Source: Neoconidiobolus thromboides FSU 785 (Eukaryota; Fungi; Entomophthoromycota). Taken from it: a stretch of 64,000 nt of DNA. A program made the position numbers and the translations under genes. Under the pieces are notes generated by a model, which searched no databases, was not told the DNA's origin, and saw only the letters and a list, made by a program, of their open reading frames with translations. Every line of letters begins with the position of its first letter. Within the stretch, counting starts at the first letter, position 1. Of the stretch, positions 39,532-55,480 are shown in pieces. The stretch lies in the NCBI GenBank assembly GCA_025603075.1, contig MU626261.1, positions 249,601-313,600 on the forward strand, read 5' to 3'.

Positions 39532-40643
39532 AATTAGATTGCTTAATAGTTAAGCATAAACATGAATCATGATATATATTCAAGTATTTTGCTATTATAC
39601 TATGTTTAATAAACCTGTATTAATGTTATTCGTAGATATTATATTCAAGATTACTACAAATAGAATTAACTAGAGGAGCTCTACTTATCTTATCTACAAC
39701 CTGAGACAAAAAAAATCAACTAACCCTTCTAGGCATAATAATTCAATAGATCTTTTAACAGAATATCAGATACATAGTCAAGGCTTATTTGTATTTTAAA
39801 GAATAAACCAAAAAACTACTTTTTTACCTTTTCAAAAACAGCGCTCCCTATATCCTAGGGACTTCAATGCTTTTTTAGTAATACTTTCTTTGTCAATATA
39901 TAAAAGTTTTACCAGGATGCCCCTTATTTATCAAATCGATGCTATTTAAATATAAAAAATATGCCATATATTATTGACTCAATTTTTATATAAATATGAC
40001 ATGCTTTATAATCTACGTTGCTCTTAGCAGTGTCCAGCGTAGCAAAATTTAGCTCCCATTTGATTTAATATCCTTACCCTCAACTGTTAGAAGATAGTTT
40101 TTAAAAAATAACTTTAAGATAAAGTAAATATTTGACAAATTGGTATCTTATTTTATAAACAAATTTGTTTATTTTTTTAATTTCACTACTTGTATATGCT
40201 GCTTTTATGATGTGAGTGGCCCAACACACAAAATTGGTGTATTAAGGTTCTTGAAATCAATTGGTAGAGCATAATTCAGAATCCTTATATAATAAAATTC
40301 TTGTTTCATTATAATATATTTTGTTTCTGTTACGTATCTAGATAATTTATAGAGCTGAACTTCTTGAAACTAAATTGAATCTACTACATTTGTATCAGGC
40401 ACTTTAGAGCTAAAACACTCACGCAAATCGCACAATTTCATTGTTTAGTTTTACTTTATCTTACTATAATCAAATAGGCTCAATTCCACCAATTCAAAAA
40501 ATTTTAAACTTTACCTCCATTATTGAAAATTTTGGGAGTTCTAACTCTTCAAAGTTCAAAAAATATACCAATTTTAGTATATCATAATACAATCCACTTT
40601 AAATTATAAAATATTCTCAATAAATTAAATGTTAAAACATAAA

Positions 40644-40737
40644 TGCTCCTGGCGGGGTTCGAACCCGCGACCTTCGCGTGTCTTAGATATAATTTTACTT
40701 ATAAGCACGACGCATTAAACCACTTTGCTACAGGAGC
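40644..40737 (-). tRNA. tRNA-Ile(UAU) with a 20-nt intron
   Basis: GCTCCTGTAGCAAAGTGGTTTAATGCG TCGTG CT TAT A [AGTAAAATTATATCTAAGAC] A CGCGA AGGTC GCGGGTTCGAACCCCGC CAGGAGC A; acceptor and T stems pair; TTTT terminator just downstream. Confidence 0.95.
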
Positions 40738-40955
40738 TTGTGTAAGAAAATTAAAAATATAATATAAACATTAAAATACAGATTTCCAATTATAGTTAAC
40801 TAAAGTAACTTTTTCTAACATGGCAGTTGAACTATTATGCTAAACTTCCTAAGGTTTTAAAATTATAAAAGGAGATGAGGTTTAATTAAAAATTAATAAA
40901 ATAGTTTTTTTCATAATTTAAATTTAATTTTGATTTATTTTAAACTATAACTTGT

Positions 40956-44838
<3,883 letters not shown>

Positions 44839-44991
44839 AACCTGGATCAAATTTTTATTTATATTAAATAGTGTATGATTTTTGAATTCTTCATTAAATA
44901 TTTATTAACATAAAAATAATAACATCAAATTAATACTTTATCAAAGCATTTCACAATTTAGTTGTTTTTTTACAAAATATTTTTATCATAT

Positions 44992-45088
44992 GGGGCTGTT
45001 TTTTTTAGTTTCATTATCCTTCCATTTTTTAAGCGCTATTTGAGTGGAAAGATTATAGTAAAATTCTTAAACACAAAAATACATTCCC
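44992..45088 (-). mobile_element. MITE family A, copy 13, between the convergent 3' ends of the HECT and AIF genes
   Basis: GGGGCTGTTTTT...AATACATTCCC; ATAT/ATAT. Confidence 0.9.
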
Positions 45089-45170
45089 ATATGTTATTTA
45101 TTTTACTGTAGTATAGTAGATAAATTTAGACTTCATTCATTTTAACAAAAATTTAACTTTTAATGTGAGT

Positions 45171-47263
45171 TTAATGTTCTGATCCATAAAGATCAAATTG
45201 AGCAGCAAGTTCATTAACTTGCTTTGAAGAAAACTTATTAAGGCGAATTAAATCACGGGCCGTATCCACCTTATTAAAGAGATTCCAAAGCATGACACCT
45301 ACCAAACGATCTTCACGGAAGTAAAAGACCAAACCTTTATTATATTCCTTTTCATTACTATCCTTATTTCTTACCCAAACTCCTGAAGTTTCAAGTTGTG
45401 AATCTACAAGTCCAATAGCTTCATATCCAATCTTAGGTCCAAGATCAGACCAAAACATAGATTGATGAGTATAAGCACGTTTAGGTCCTACCATATTTTC
45501 ACCTGCATGTCTTCCAGAAAGTGCGGCATGATCATGGTGTTCAACGCGGCGACGACCAAGAGCTATATCATGATATGATGATACATCACCAGCAGCAAAA
45601 ACATCACCTCGACTTTCTAACTCTGCATTTACTAAAATACCACCACGCTTTTCGTCAATCTCTAAACCAGCTTCTTTGGCTAATTTATCGTTTGGTGAAA
45701 TACCAACTGCAACAACAACATGATCTACTTCTACTTTATTTCCATCTTGTAAGTGAATTTCTACCTTTCCACCAGTAGATTCTTTTAACTCAGATACCTT
45801 TGAGTTAGCGCAGATAGTAACACCTTCATCTTGGATCTTTTTAGTTGACCAAGCAGTTAAATAAGCAGGGAAAACGTTAGCCATGTTACCACTTTCAGGG
45901 AAAAGCTGGGTTACTTTAGTATCGGATTTCTTTCCGCGAGTGGCTAAAGCATAAGCCAATTCAGAGCCTAAAAATCCTCCACCGATGACAGCAACATGTT
46001 TACCAGATGCAGTCAATTCATCTAAAGTTCTAAAATCAGCTATATTACGATAAGTAGAAATCTTATTTTTGATAGTTTCAGGAGCACTTTGAACTACTGG
46101 TAAAGTCTTTGGTGTACCACCAGTAGCAATGAGAAGTTTACCATATGCGATACGTTTATCATTATTTAAAGTAATAACTTTACGCTCAACATTTAATTTA
46201 GACACAGCAGCACCTAAAATGATCTTTGTCTTTTTATCGTTGGAGGCATAAAGCGTATCTTTATCTACAGTTTCGTAGTCTTCTTTTTTACCATAAACAA
46301 GATGACGTTCAGTACCTTGCCAGTCCTTAAAGTTAAGAGTTTCCCCAACCTTTGGATCTTCTGAGAACCACAACTCTTTTGAAAGTGGTGGACGCATATA
46401 TGGGGCAACTACCTCTTCAGACACAATTAAAATATCTGCTTCTGGGTCTTTTTGTTTGATTGCTTTCATGGCACTGAAAGTAGCGGTACCTCCACCAACT
46501 AAGATGTATTTATAGTATACTTTAGCACGTTGGTCTTTTTTATCTTCTCCTTCTAAAGGCAAGATTGTTTGCTTTGGTTCTATTGGAGCTTTAAGTTCGG
46601 ATGCAACTTCTGCATCTTCTGAAACAGTTACTTTTTCTTCTAACACTTTCAAAGCCTCATTTGCTTTCTCGGATGCTTGATCTTTGATCTCTTCAACTTT
46701 CTCAGAAATAGCTTCAGTTGCTTTTGATATCCCTTCATTTATTTTTTCTTGAACTTCAGAGACCTTTTCGGCTACATTTTTGGAATCAACGATGGTATCC
46801 TTTGAGTCATCTACTTTTTCGAGTTGGAGATCTTGAGAGATAGTATGAGTATTGATATTTGAGTTTTGTTTTTCTTCAACAAGAATATCATCCTTTTCAA
46901 TATACTCGGCTGGATCTTTATCTAAAGATATCATCTTTCCTTTATAGTCTTTGGGTGGCGAAGTCATATAGAATAACTAAAAAATAAGCTAAATAATATA
47001 TAAAGCAAAATGAACTTACACTTCCAGTTAAAAAGAGGGTGGAAAGGATCTATTTTGAACGTTATTAAACAAGATAATTACTTTTTTAAATATCTTACAA
47101 TCCATTTCTTGTCGCTTTCTTTAACGTTTACACTGGGCTCAGGTTTAGTGGAATAACCATGCCTTGAAGACAAGTTAACCCTTTTAGTTTGAAAATTGGT
47201 TGTCCTTTTTACACACTTCAATAATGAGGCCGATTTGGAAACGCTACTTAGGTTTCTTAACAT
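45171..47263 (-). CDS. AIFM1: Apoptosis-inducing factor 1, mitochondrial (AIFM1-type flavoprotein), 3 exons
   Basis: Presequence MLRNLSSVSK.., TM segment WIILSTLFLTGSLFYM (after splicing), YILVGGGTA, PYMRPPLSKELW, VIGGGFLGSELA, GRRRVEHHDHA, QSMFWSDLGP..GYEAIGLVDS. Confidence 0.92.
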
Positions 47264-47499
47264 TTCTATACTTTGATTAAATAGAGATTATTGATTATTA
47301 CAAATCAAGTTTTTCGTTATATAATTTTTTAAACCAATAGATTCGATTCAAACTGAGAATTGTTTGAAGCGTAATTGCATTATGAAATAGTACACTATGA
47401 TATTTATATTTATATGTTTATTATATAAAATAAATTTGAAATTTAAATATGTTAAAACAATATAATAGTATGGTAACTATAGTTAAAAGTACATTTTAT

Positions 47500-48164
47500 T
47501 TAAAGCTCTAATTCCACTTTAACACCCAAAAGTTGAGAAAGTTCTTTCGATAATATGCTATCTAAGGACTCACCATCTCTAGAATAAAACCACAAATTAC
47601 TTTTAGTATCGAAATCGTAACGTTTAGGACCACTATGAAATAAATTTTAGTCCTTTTTAATGGTTTATAATGTTTTACCTAATTGGTGATGAAAGCCATA
47701 TCTGTTTGTTGGGTGGCTGTTTATTTATTACGTAGGTACCTAAATTCCCAAGCTTTAAGGTTAAAACTCCACTCTAAGTAAAACCAGTCAACAGATTTAA
47801 AAGAATAAAAGTAATTATGTACCGAATATTCAAGATCAAATGTATCGTCACCTTCTTCTTGAATCAATTCTTCTAACTGATCTAGCAAATTAGATAAACT
47901 TTGCTCTGATACTTTATAATAGCGTTCAGCCGTAAGTTCACTAAATGTTTTAATTTAATGTGCTGATTAACATTGTATTAAATACCTTGTTTTAAACTTT
48001 GATATAGTATGAGCGTTGGAATAACTTTGGTTTACATTTAAGGAGACTCTGCTTAATCGGCTTGAACATAATTTTTTAGCTGATAAATGGGTCGCTGGTT
48101 TTAAAAACTGTGAAGCCCTTGGAAGAGCATTTCTTGTTATATACTTCAATATGTTTGTATTCAT
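47500..48164 (-). CDS. FXN: Frataxin, mitochondrial iron chaperone, 4 exons
   Basis: Basic presequence (ORF 47967-48164), then [62 protein letters not shown]. Confidence 0.9.
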
Positions 48165-48769
48165 TTATAATAAAATTATTTTTGTAAAATTATTTTTGAT
48201 TTTTATTATGCAATTTTCAGTTAAATTTTAAAATCAGTCGGATTTAAGTCTTTTTATTGGTCTGGATAACCATGGATGTGTTGAAAATTGTTTTTGAAGT
48301 TTAACTTTTTTGTAGTGTCAATAGTTAAAAGATATTGTATATAATTGAAATTAGCAACAATGTTTTGAAGTAAACATAAAACTAATGCTTGTATATTACT
48401 AACGATAACCCAGTTTATTTCTTAAATATCTTGTTATTCGTTATAGCTATAGAACTTAATGCTATGAACTTGAAATCGACGCTATTCTAATTTTCAATAA
48501 TTTATATCCGAAAGTTATTAAAGTTGTATTTTTAACATCAACCCTATACAAATATCTAAATTTTTATTTGCAATAGATTATTAATCTATCAATGTTAAAC
48601 ATATGTAAATTATAAACATTAGCTATAAAAGGCAAAGAAATTTATTAGTTTTTTTCAATTCTAACAAATAAAAAATAGGTTTGAGCTTTTAGAAATAATA
48701 CTAAATCAAATTTAATAGTTATAAGTTGGCTATGTCGAATAAAATAAAAGGAATGGTAGTTATAAGCAG

Positions 48770-49237
48770 CTATAAAGGTAATTCTAAATATTGTAAAGAC
48801 TTGACATCATGGGACAGGAAGGAGTGTAAGCATTGAAAAAACAAATCTTTACTAAACAATAAAGAATAATTAGCATACTCGTTACTGCTTAAAAAAGGCG
48901 CCAAAAAAGATTTAAGAAATGACAGATTTAAATCAGAAGCAAACAAATAATTAAATTGATATTCCTTTACTATAGTTTTAATATTATATATATCTTCCTT
49001 ACTTACAATAATCAATTGCAAACTAGAATGCTTCAATAAAGGATGGCTTTTAATTCCTTTTAATAAGTTTAAGCTAAATGAATTAAATAAGTCTTTGACA
49101 TATATCAGCCAAATATATTCCACTTTTAGATCTTTGAGTTGTAACTCATACATATCATCAAAATAAGTAATGAAAAAAGGATGATCCAATATCTTTTTAA
49201 GCGTCTCTTTTTTTAACTGATATTTTGGAACCAACAT
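48770..49237 (-). pseudogene. Orphan 155-codon ORF inside a longer stop-riddled reading frame; possibly a decayed F-box/LRR-like family member
   Basis: Leu/Ile/Phe-rich ORF; upstream and downstream in-frame sequence looks coding-like but has several stops; no firm motif. Confidence 0.25.
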
Positions 49238-49829
49238 TTTGATTTTTTATTAGTACTTTAATATTTCTTCTGTTTAAATAGCAATTGCTATACCAAATGT
49301 CTTTCAACCTCAACATTTTGCTTATTTATAAAATTACATTTCTTTAAGCTCACTAATTTTCAAATCAAAAAATGATTTAGTAGTAAAATTAAAAGCTGCT
49401 TTTAACCGCCATAATTCTTTTTTGTTATCAGATCTTTAAATAGTTCTAACTTCTAAAGCACCTCTGCTGTGGTGATAAAATACAGGAAATTTCAAATATT
49501 ATTTACTGCCTTTGAAAGAATACTTTAAATTATTTCATATTAACTAAAAGCTATTATTAAATAATATAGCTACATTAGTCAGCTTGGAATAAAATTAAAT
49601 CATTTCATTAATTTGTATTTCCAGCAATTTCTAGAAATCGATGGCCCAATTGCTATGCGTAAAGCCATCCTTAGCCAATGGTTAAAAGCTTATGACCATA
49701 AAGCGGAATCTCGGCCCATGATAGGCTCGAAACTTAGGTGAAAAAAACTCAAAAAAGTATATAAAATACTAACTTGTGAGATAAGCTTCGTTTATAAAAA
49801 TATACTTTAGATCTTAGATAAAAACAAAA

Positions 49830-50461
49830 ATGAGTAAGTTTAAACATAAACATTAAATGAACAAAATATTAACTCATAACTAGGTTTAATTCAAAAAGAC
49901 GCCCCTAACTTCACTGCCACTGCTTTAATTGATGGCCAATTTAAACAGGTTTCCTTAAGCGATTACGCTGGAAAATACGTTGTCTTATTCTTCTATCCAA
50001 AAGACTTCACCTTTGTATGCCCAACTGAAATTGTTGCTTTCTCTGAGGCTGCTTCCAAATTTGAAGCCCTTAATACCGTTGTATTAGGTGTATCTACTGA
50101 TAACGAATTTTGTCACTTAGCCTGGACTGAAAAGCCACGTAACCAAGGTGGTCTTGGTAAAGTCAATATTCCTTTAATTGCTGATACCAACCACAAGATC
50201 TCAAGAGCTTACAATGTTCTCATTGAAGAAGAAGGTATTGCTCTTAGAGGCTTATTCATCATTGATACCAAACAAAAGGTCCGTATCTTACAAGTTAACG
50301 ATCTCCCAGTTGGTCGTTCAGTTGAAGAAACTTTACGTTTACTAGAAGCCCTCCAATTCACTGAAGAGCATGGTGAAGTTTGCCCCGCTAACTGGGCTAA
50401 GGGTAAGGATACCATTGTTCCAGATGTACAAGGTTCTAAAGAATTTTTCTCTAAACAATAA
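49830..50461 (+). CDS. TSA1: Typical 2-Cys peroxiredoxin (Tsa1/Prx1 type); 4-nt coding first exon ATGA, intron 49834-49883; missed by the ORF track
   Basis: [26 protein letters not shown] (peroxidatic Cys), [21 protein letters not shown] (resolving Cys). Confidence 0.95.
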
Positions 50462-50956
50462 ATTTATTTTTAATGCTTAATTTTTTTTGTAATTATCGCA
50501 ATTTTTGTTAATTTCGATTAATTTAGTCATTTTATTATCAAATTTTAAATACTTTATCTGATACCAATTTCAAGAAATTCATTATTGTTTATTCGACTGT
50601 ACATAATTAAATAACCCAATTTTATTCGATAAGTAAGCTAAACCAAGATTTGATACTTAAATTGCTATTCATTATTGAAGTTTTGATAAATTCTTCTGGC
50701 CACTCAAAGCATTCAATACCTTTACTATAAACGACATATTATATACCCCATAATTCACGCTTAACGATTTCCCCTTTTACGCTTACACGCCAATTCCACG
50801 TAAATAAAATTAAATAAAAATGTCAATTTTAACCAATCAGTTCATAACCTTAGCTTACTTTTATTAAAAAAATATAGCAAAAAACTAAAACTTATTTATT
50901 TATAAACTCAATTAGTCAAAATTCAATACTCAAACATACATCACAGCGGCATAAAC

Positions 50957-52093
50957 ATGCCAGAAGAGAGGAGATATATACGGGAGGTATGGGCCTCTAA
51001 CCTCTCTAAAGAAATGGAGTACATTCGTAGCATTATTAAAGACTATAATTACATTGCCATGGTAAATTTATTATAGATTGATATTGGCAGAATTTAATCA
51101 AATTTAAGGATACTGAGTTTCCAGGTACTGTAGCTAAACCATTAGGAAAATTTAAGAGCCCTAGTGACTTGACGTATCAGACAGTCAGAGCTAACGTGGA
51201 TCTTTTAAAGATGATTCAACTAGGTATCTCCTTTTCAAATGAAAAAGGAGAACAACCACCTGATGCCACAACTTGGCAATTTAATTTCAAGTTCAGTTTA
51301 GAGTAAGTGGCTTTCTGCTTTTAAATTTTAGTAATCTCATTATTTATAGTATGGATATGTATTCTCAAGATTCGATTGACCTTTTGATTAACTCAGGACT
51401 TGACTTTAAAAAACACGAAGATTATGGAATTGATCCTCATGATTTTGGTGAGATATTAATGTCCTCTGGACTGGTCTTATTAGAAAATGTTACATGGATC
51501 ACTTTCTCTAGGTAATTTAAAACAAGCATAGATAAAGTATAATTATTAATGATTTTAGTGCCTATGATTTTGCGTACCTTTTAAAAATCTTATCGGGAAA
51601 ATTATTACCACCAGATGAAGAAGGATTCTACAATGTATTAAAACTTTATTTCCCTAACTTTTATGATATCAAATATTTAATGAAGTGTTGCAAAACCCTT
51701 GGTGGTGGACTGAAAGAAATTGCCGAGACCCTGCAAGTATAATTTATTTTTATTTAATCTTTGAATTTCAATTTACACCTAATAGATTGCAAGAGTTGGT
51801 CAAGCACATCAAGCAGGTTCCGATTCTTTGGTAACTCTGATGGCGTTTTTCAAAATGAGAAACACTTTCTTTGAGGGAATAATTGATGATAATAAATTTT
51901 TGTAAGTTCGTTTAGGGCAATTATAATCGGAGTATTTAAATTTTTTAGGAGTATATTGTACGGTATTGGACCAGGCGCTGTTGGACATGTGCCATCAGCT
52001 TTCGTTTCAGCGGTTTATGCTAGCGGGTCAGTAGTAGGGACCCCTTTATCAACACCCAATCTGATGTCAGGTCAAAGTACTTTCATAGGCTAA
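50957..52093 (+). CDS. CAF1: CCR4-NOT deadenylase subunit Caf1/Pop2 (CNOT7-like), multi-exon
   Basis: IREVWASNL, AM-DTEFPG, NVDLLKMIQLG, TWQFNFKF, YDFAYLLKIL, HQAGSDSL. Confidence 0.93.
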
Positions 52094-52307
52094 ATAAGGA
52101 ATTCTTTAACCATAAAGTCAAATGCTTGATAGATATGCTTTTAAATTTTTATTATGGCTTTACTGATTTTTTATTGCTTTAGCTTACAAGTGATAGAATT
52201 AAATTAAATCATAAAGACATTAAATATAAACTGAAATAAAGAATTCAGCATTTAAATTTTCATCTGTTTATTATAGTTTGTTTTTAAAAGCCATTAATCT
52301 GTTCCAT

Positions 52308-53091
52308 TTAGTCTCTTTTTCTGCTTGAGTTAAATGGACTGCGGGTTGAATTTCTGCGAAATTGTCCGTTTCTAACCGGGGATGTATGGCGAGCAGAATA
52401 GTCCCTATACCTTTCTTCGTTTCCTCCACGCGGTCTATATTCCCTTTTATCTAAACGTCTTATTTTATCACCATTAGAAATATCTCTATATTTACTGACT
52501 AAATATAAATGGATTAATTCATTTACAATATTCAATATCAATTTACCTGGTACTCCAGGGTTTGGGCTTGAAGGAAAGAAAGTATAGTTAGGTTCATTGG
52601 AGCAATGTTTTGCAAAACTAAAGTCAAATTAATGTGAGTCGTATTATTGATAAGTCAGTTACTCTCCAATTTTATAAATCCTTCCAGTTGTTCTATTTAT
52701 CACTACTTGTCTTTTTCCTTCGTGTAATCTAATATATCTTATTTTCTTATTAATCTGAGCTTTAAATAGTTATGCTTTTAAATACCCTTCTACTATTAAT
52801 AAAACATCCGATTCTTTAATATCTTCCCCTTGCTCTCCAAAAATAGTTAGCTCTATTGAACCAGAAGAATCACTACACCAAAAACTATAGATCGTTGGAT
52901 GATCTGGATATGTGATTGCTTGAACTATAATATATTAAACTTTGCTGTTTACTATTAAGCTAATAGCTACCTCTCTTTATAATAATAACTTCATAGTTTT
53001 GAATGACTCTTCTAGAAGTGGCGTCCCTCAACAAGGTGATTGGTAAATCTTTTCTTAAGTCTTCAATTTGCTTAAGAGTTGGATGATCCAT
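52308..53091 (-). CDS. NABP: SOSS complex subunit B / NABP (hSSB-like) OB-fold ssDNA-binding protein with an Arg-rich tail, 4-5 exons
   Basis: After splicing: SDSSGSIELTIFGEQGEDIKESDVLLIVEGY..IYKIGDFAKHCSNEPNY, which parallels hSSB1 ADKTGSINISVW..GY..QKIGEFCMVYSEVPNF. Confidence 0.75.
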
Positions 53092-53576
53092 CCTTTAAAA
53101 ATCATTACTTAAGTTCTAGGCTGATTTTTAAATTCAAGTTTTGTGTTAAGCCTTTTACTGAGCATAAAATAGTTGGCTTTACCCAATTAAGGGTGACGTT
53201 TCAAACTTTTTTTGGGAGTTTAAAAATTCAGCTAAAATGTAAATAAAATTATCCGCTAATTTGCATCTTAATTTGCAAAAGTTCTATGCCTAATTTCAGT
53301 TGATCAAGAAAAAGAGTATTTTCTTAGTATTTTCCCTGTGTTTGCAAAATCTATAAAAACCAAAACTGGAAAGAAAATTGAGCCTTAGACATAAACAATC
53401 TATCTCAAATGGTGTTTTGAAAGATGAGTGTCTATTATCATCTGATACTCTAAAGTAAAACACATCGATTTCATAAAACAGCTAAGAATTGCGTTATTCT
53501 CGAAAAACATTCGTAATCAATGAAATTGAAGTATAAAAACTCAAATTTATTGCCTGATTTCTTTTTTATAATAATT

Positions 53577-54334
53577 ATGAGCCAAGAAAGAATTCGTTTA
53601 GGAAGTACTGCTCCAGGTAAAATATTATCATTCATTTATGTATATATTTTATTAATCCTTTAATTTAGATTTCGAAGCTGAATCTACTTTAGGTCCAATT
53701 TCATTTCATAAATATATTGAAGGTTCCTGGGCTATCTTATTCTCTCATCCTGCTGATTTTAGTAAATATTATGTTTAAAAATGATTACACGTTAATCTTG
53801 AAACTAGCTCCAGTATGTACCACCGAACTTGGTACAGTTCAGAAATTAAAGGGTGAGTTTGAAAAACGTAACGTAAAGGTATTGGGAGTCAGTGTAGACT
53901 CTTTACAAGATCATAACGAATGGATCAAAGATATCAACCAAGTAAACAAAGTAGATGTGAACTTTCCTATTTTGGTTGACAAAGAGCGTAAGATCTCAAC
54001 TTTATATGATATGTTAGATACCGTTGAAAACGATGCTACTAACTTTGTCAATGGTTTACCATTGACAGTACGTTCTGTATTTATTATTGATCCAAGTAAA
54101 AAAGTCCGCTTAACTTTGACTTATCCTGCTTCCTGTGGCCGTAACTTTAATGAGATCATTAGAGTTGTTGATTCCCTTCAACTATCTGATAAGCATCCTA
54201 TCACTACTCCTGCCAATTGGAACCAAGGTGATAATGTCATCATTCATCCTAAAATAACCGATCAAGAAGCTGATACTAAATTCCCGGGTTATCAAAAGGT
54301 AACTCCTTATTTAAGATTTACTCAACAACCCTAA
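53577..54334 (+). CDS. PRDX6: 1-Cys peroxiredoxin (Prx6 type), 3 exons
   Basis: [72 protein letters not shown]. Confidence 0.94.
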
Positions 54335-54756
54335 GTTGCTTGTTAAAATAAACATTTTATTTTATTGCTATAAGTTGATTTAGCAATATGCTTTATATAT
54401 AATTTTGTTTACACTATTTAATTGTCTTTTACAAATTTGATAAAAAAAACTCTCTCTGAGAGTAGTAATGACTTTAATTGTAATTAAAACAACAGATACT
54501 AAATACTTTAACAAACATTAACTTAAGGAACAAAGTCAGCAGACTTTTTTTGATAAAGTGGGTTATTTATCTTTTATTTTTGAAAAAATAGGAAGCAGAG
54601 GCAATACCCTTTCTCCTGTTTGTCAGTTACATTTGTATTGATTTGAGAAAACATTAAAAATACAAGTATAAAAGATAAATTGGTAAAGTGTGAACCTTTA
54701 TAAACATCTTATTATAGACTCATTAGAAATACAAGGCTTCAGTTAATAAGATATTT

Positions 54757-54856
54757 GAGGATGTTTTTTTTTGGCTCCATCACTTTTTCTATCTTTCAAG
54801 CACTATTTGAGTGGAAAAATTGTTAGTCAAATTCTTAAACAATAAAATACATCCCC
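54757..54856 (-). mobile_element. MITE family A, copy 14
   Basis: GAGGATGTTTTT...AATACATCCCC with ATTT/ATTT 4-bp duplication. Confidence 0.9.
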
Positions 54857-54907
54857 ATTTGATAATTGAAATGATTAAAAATTAAAATTAAAACTATTTT
54901 ATCATAT

Positions 54908-55003
54908 GGGGATATTTTTTTTATTTCATTACTTTTTCCATTTTTAAGCGCTATTTGACCAGAAAGATTGTTAGGACAACTCTTAAACAAAAAATCCATC
55001 TCT
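54908..55003 (-). mobile_element. MITE family A, copy 15
   Basis: GGGGATATTTTT...AAGCGCTATTTG...CCATCTCT; ATAT/ATAT. Confidence 0.85.
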
Positions 55004-55324
55004 ATATGTTTATTTATTGATTATTAATGTATTTTTATATAAAAGTAATATGTTTATTATTCAAATATTAGATTCAAATATATATTGGGGATATCTACCA
55101 ATTATCTATTTTTGGTTCTTTTTAAATTTTAAAAATTAATAACTATTATAACTGTCCAAACTTGGATATGTACTGGCTAACTGTTCATTTTATAATAAAA
55201 AATCAAGCATCAAGCAACAGCTTGGCATAATACACATACCCAACTATAAAATTTATCACTAATCAGTACCTATGTGAACTTGGACAACTGGATTAGTTTA
55301 ATTTTTAAATTTGAAAAAGTAGTA

Positions 55325-55353
55325 AAAAGAGTAATCGTTAAAAAAACATTCCC
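55325..55353 (+). mobile_element. MITE family A, isolated terminal fragment
   Basis: AAAAAGAGTAAT..AAAAAAACATTCCC followed by ATAT resembles one end of the element. Confidence 0.45.
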
Positions 55354-55480
55354 ATATATTAAAAATACATGTACGTTTAACACTATTATTAATTTAGGTT
55401 TATATCCTTATTATTTATTTCATTATAATATCGTTCATGGAAATTGATGAAAACTATGAAGCTATAAACTTAAATTAATA

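Noticed and set aside
40210-40300. TCAATTGGTAGAGCA resembling a tRNA D-arm upstream of tRNA-Ile
   Set aside because: No acceptor stem, anticodon stem or B box can be formed around it.
45521-45778. His/Gln-rich 85-aa plus-strand ORF
   Set aside because: Antisense shadow of the AIF coding sequence.
49621-49740. Assignment of the hairpin island to U4, U6 or U6atac snRNA
   Set aside because: Only 6-10 nt matches; diagnostic ACAGAGA box, Sm site and correct helix order are absent.
50209-50415. Minus-strand 68-aa ORF
   Set aside because: Antisense to the 2-Cys peroxiredoxin exon.
53176-53198. Short dyad TTTACCCAATTAAGGGTG resembling the collapsed ends of the 19.9-kb fold-back element
   Set aside because: Under 20 bp and imperfect; equally explained as a promoter dyad or chance.
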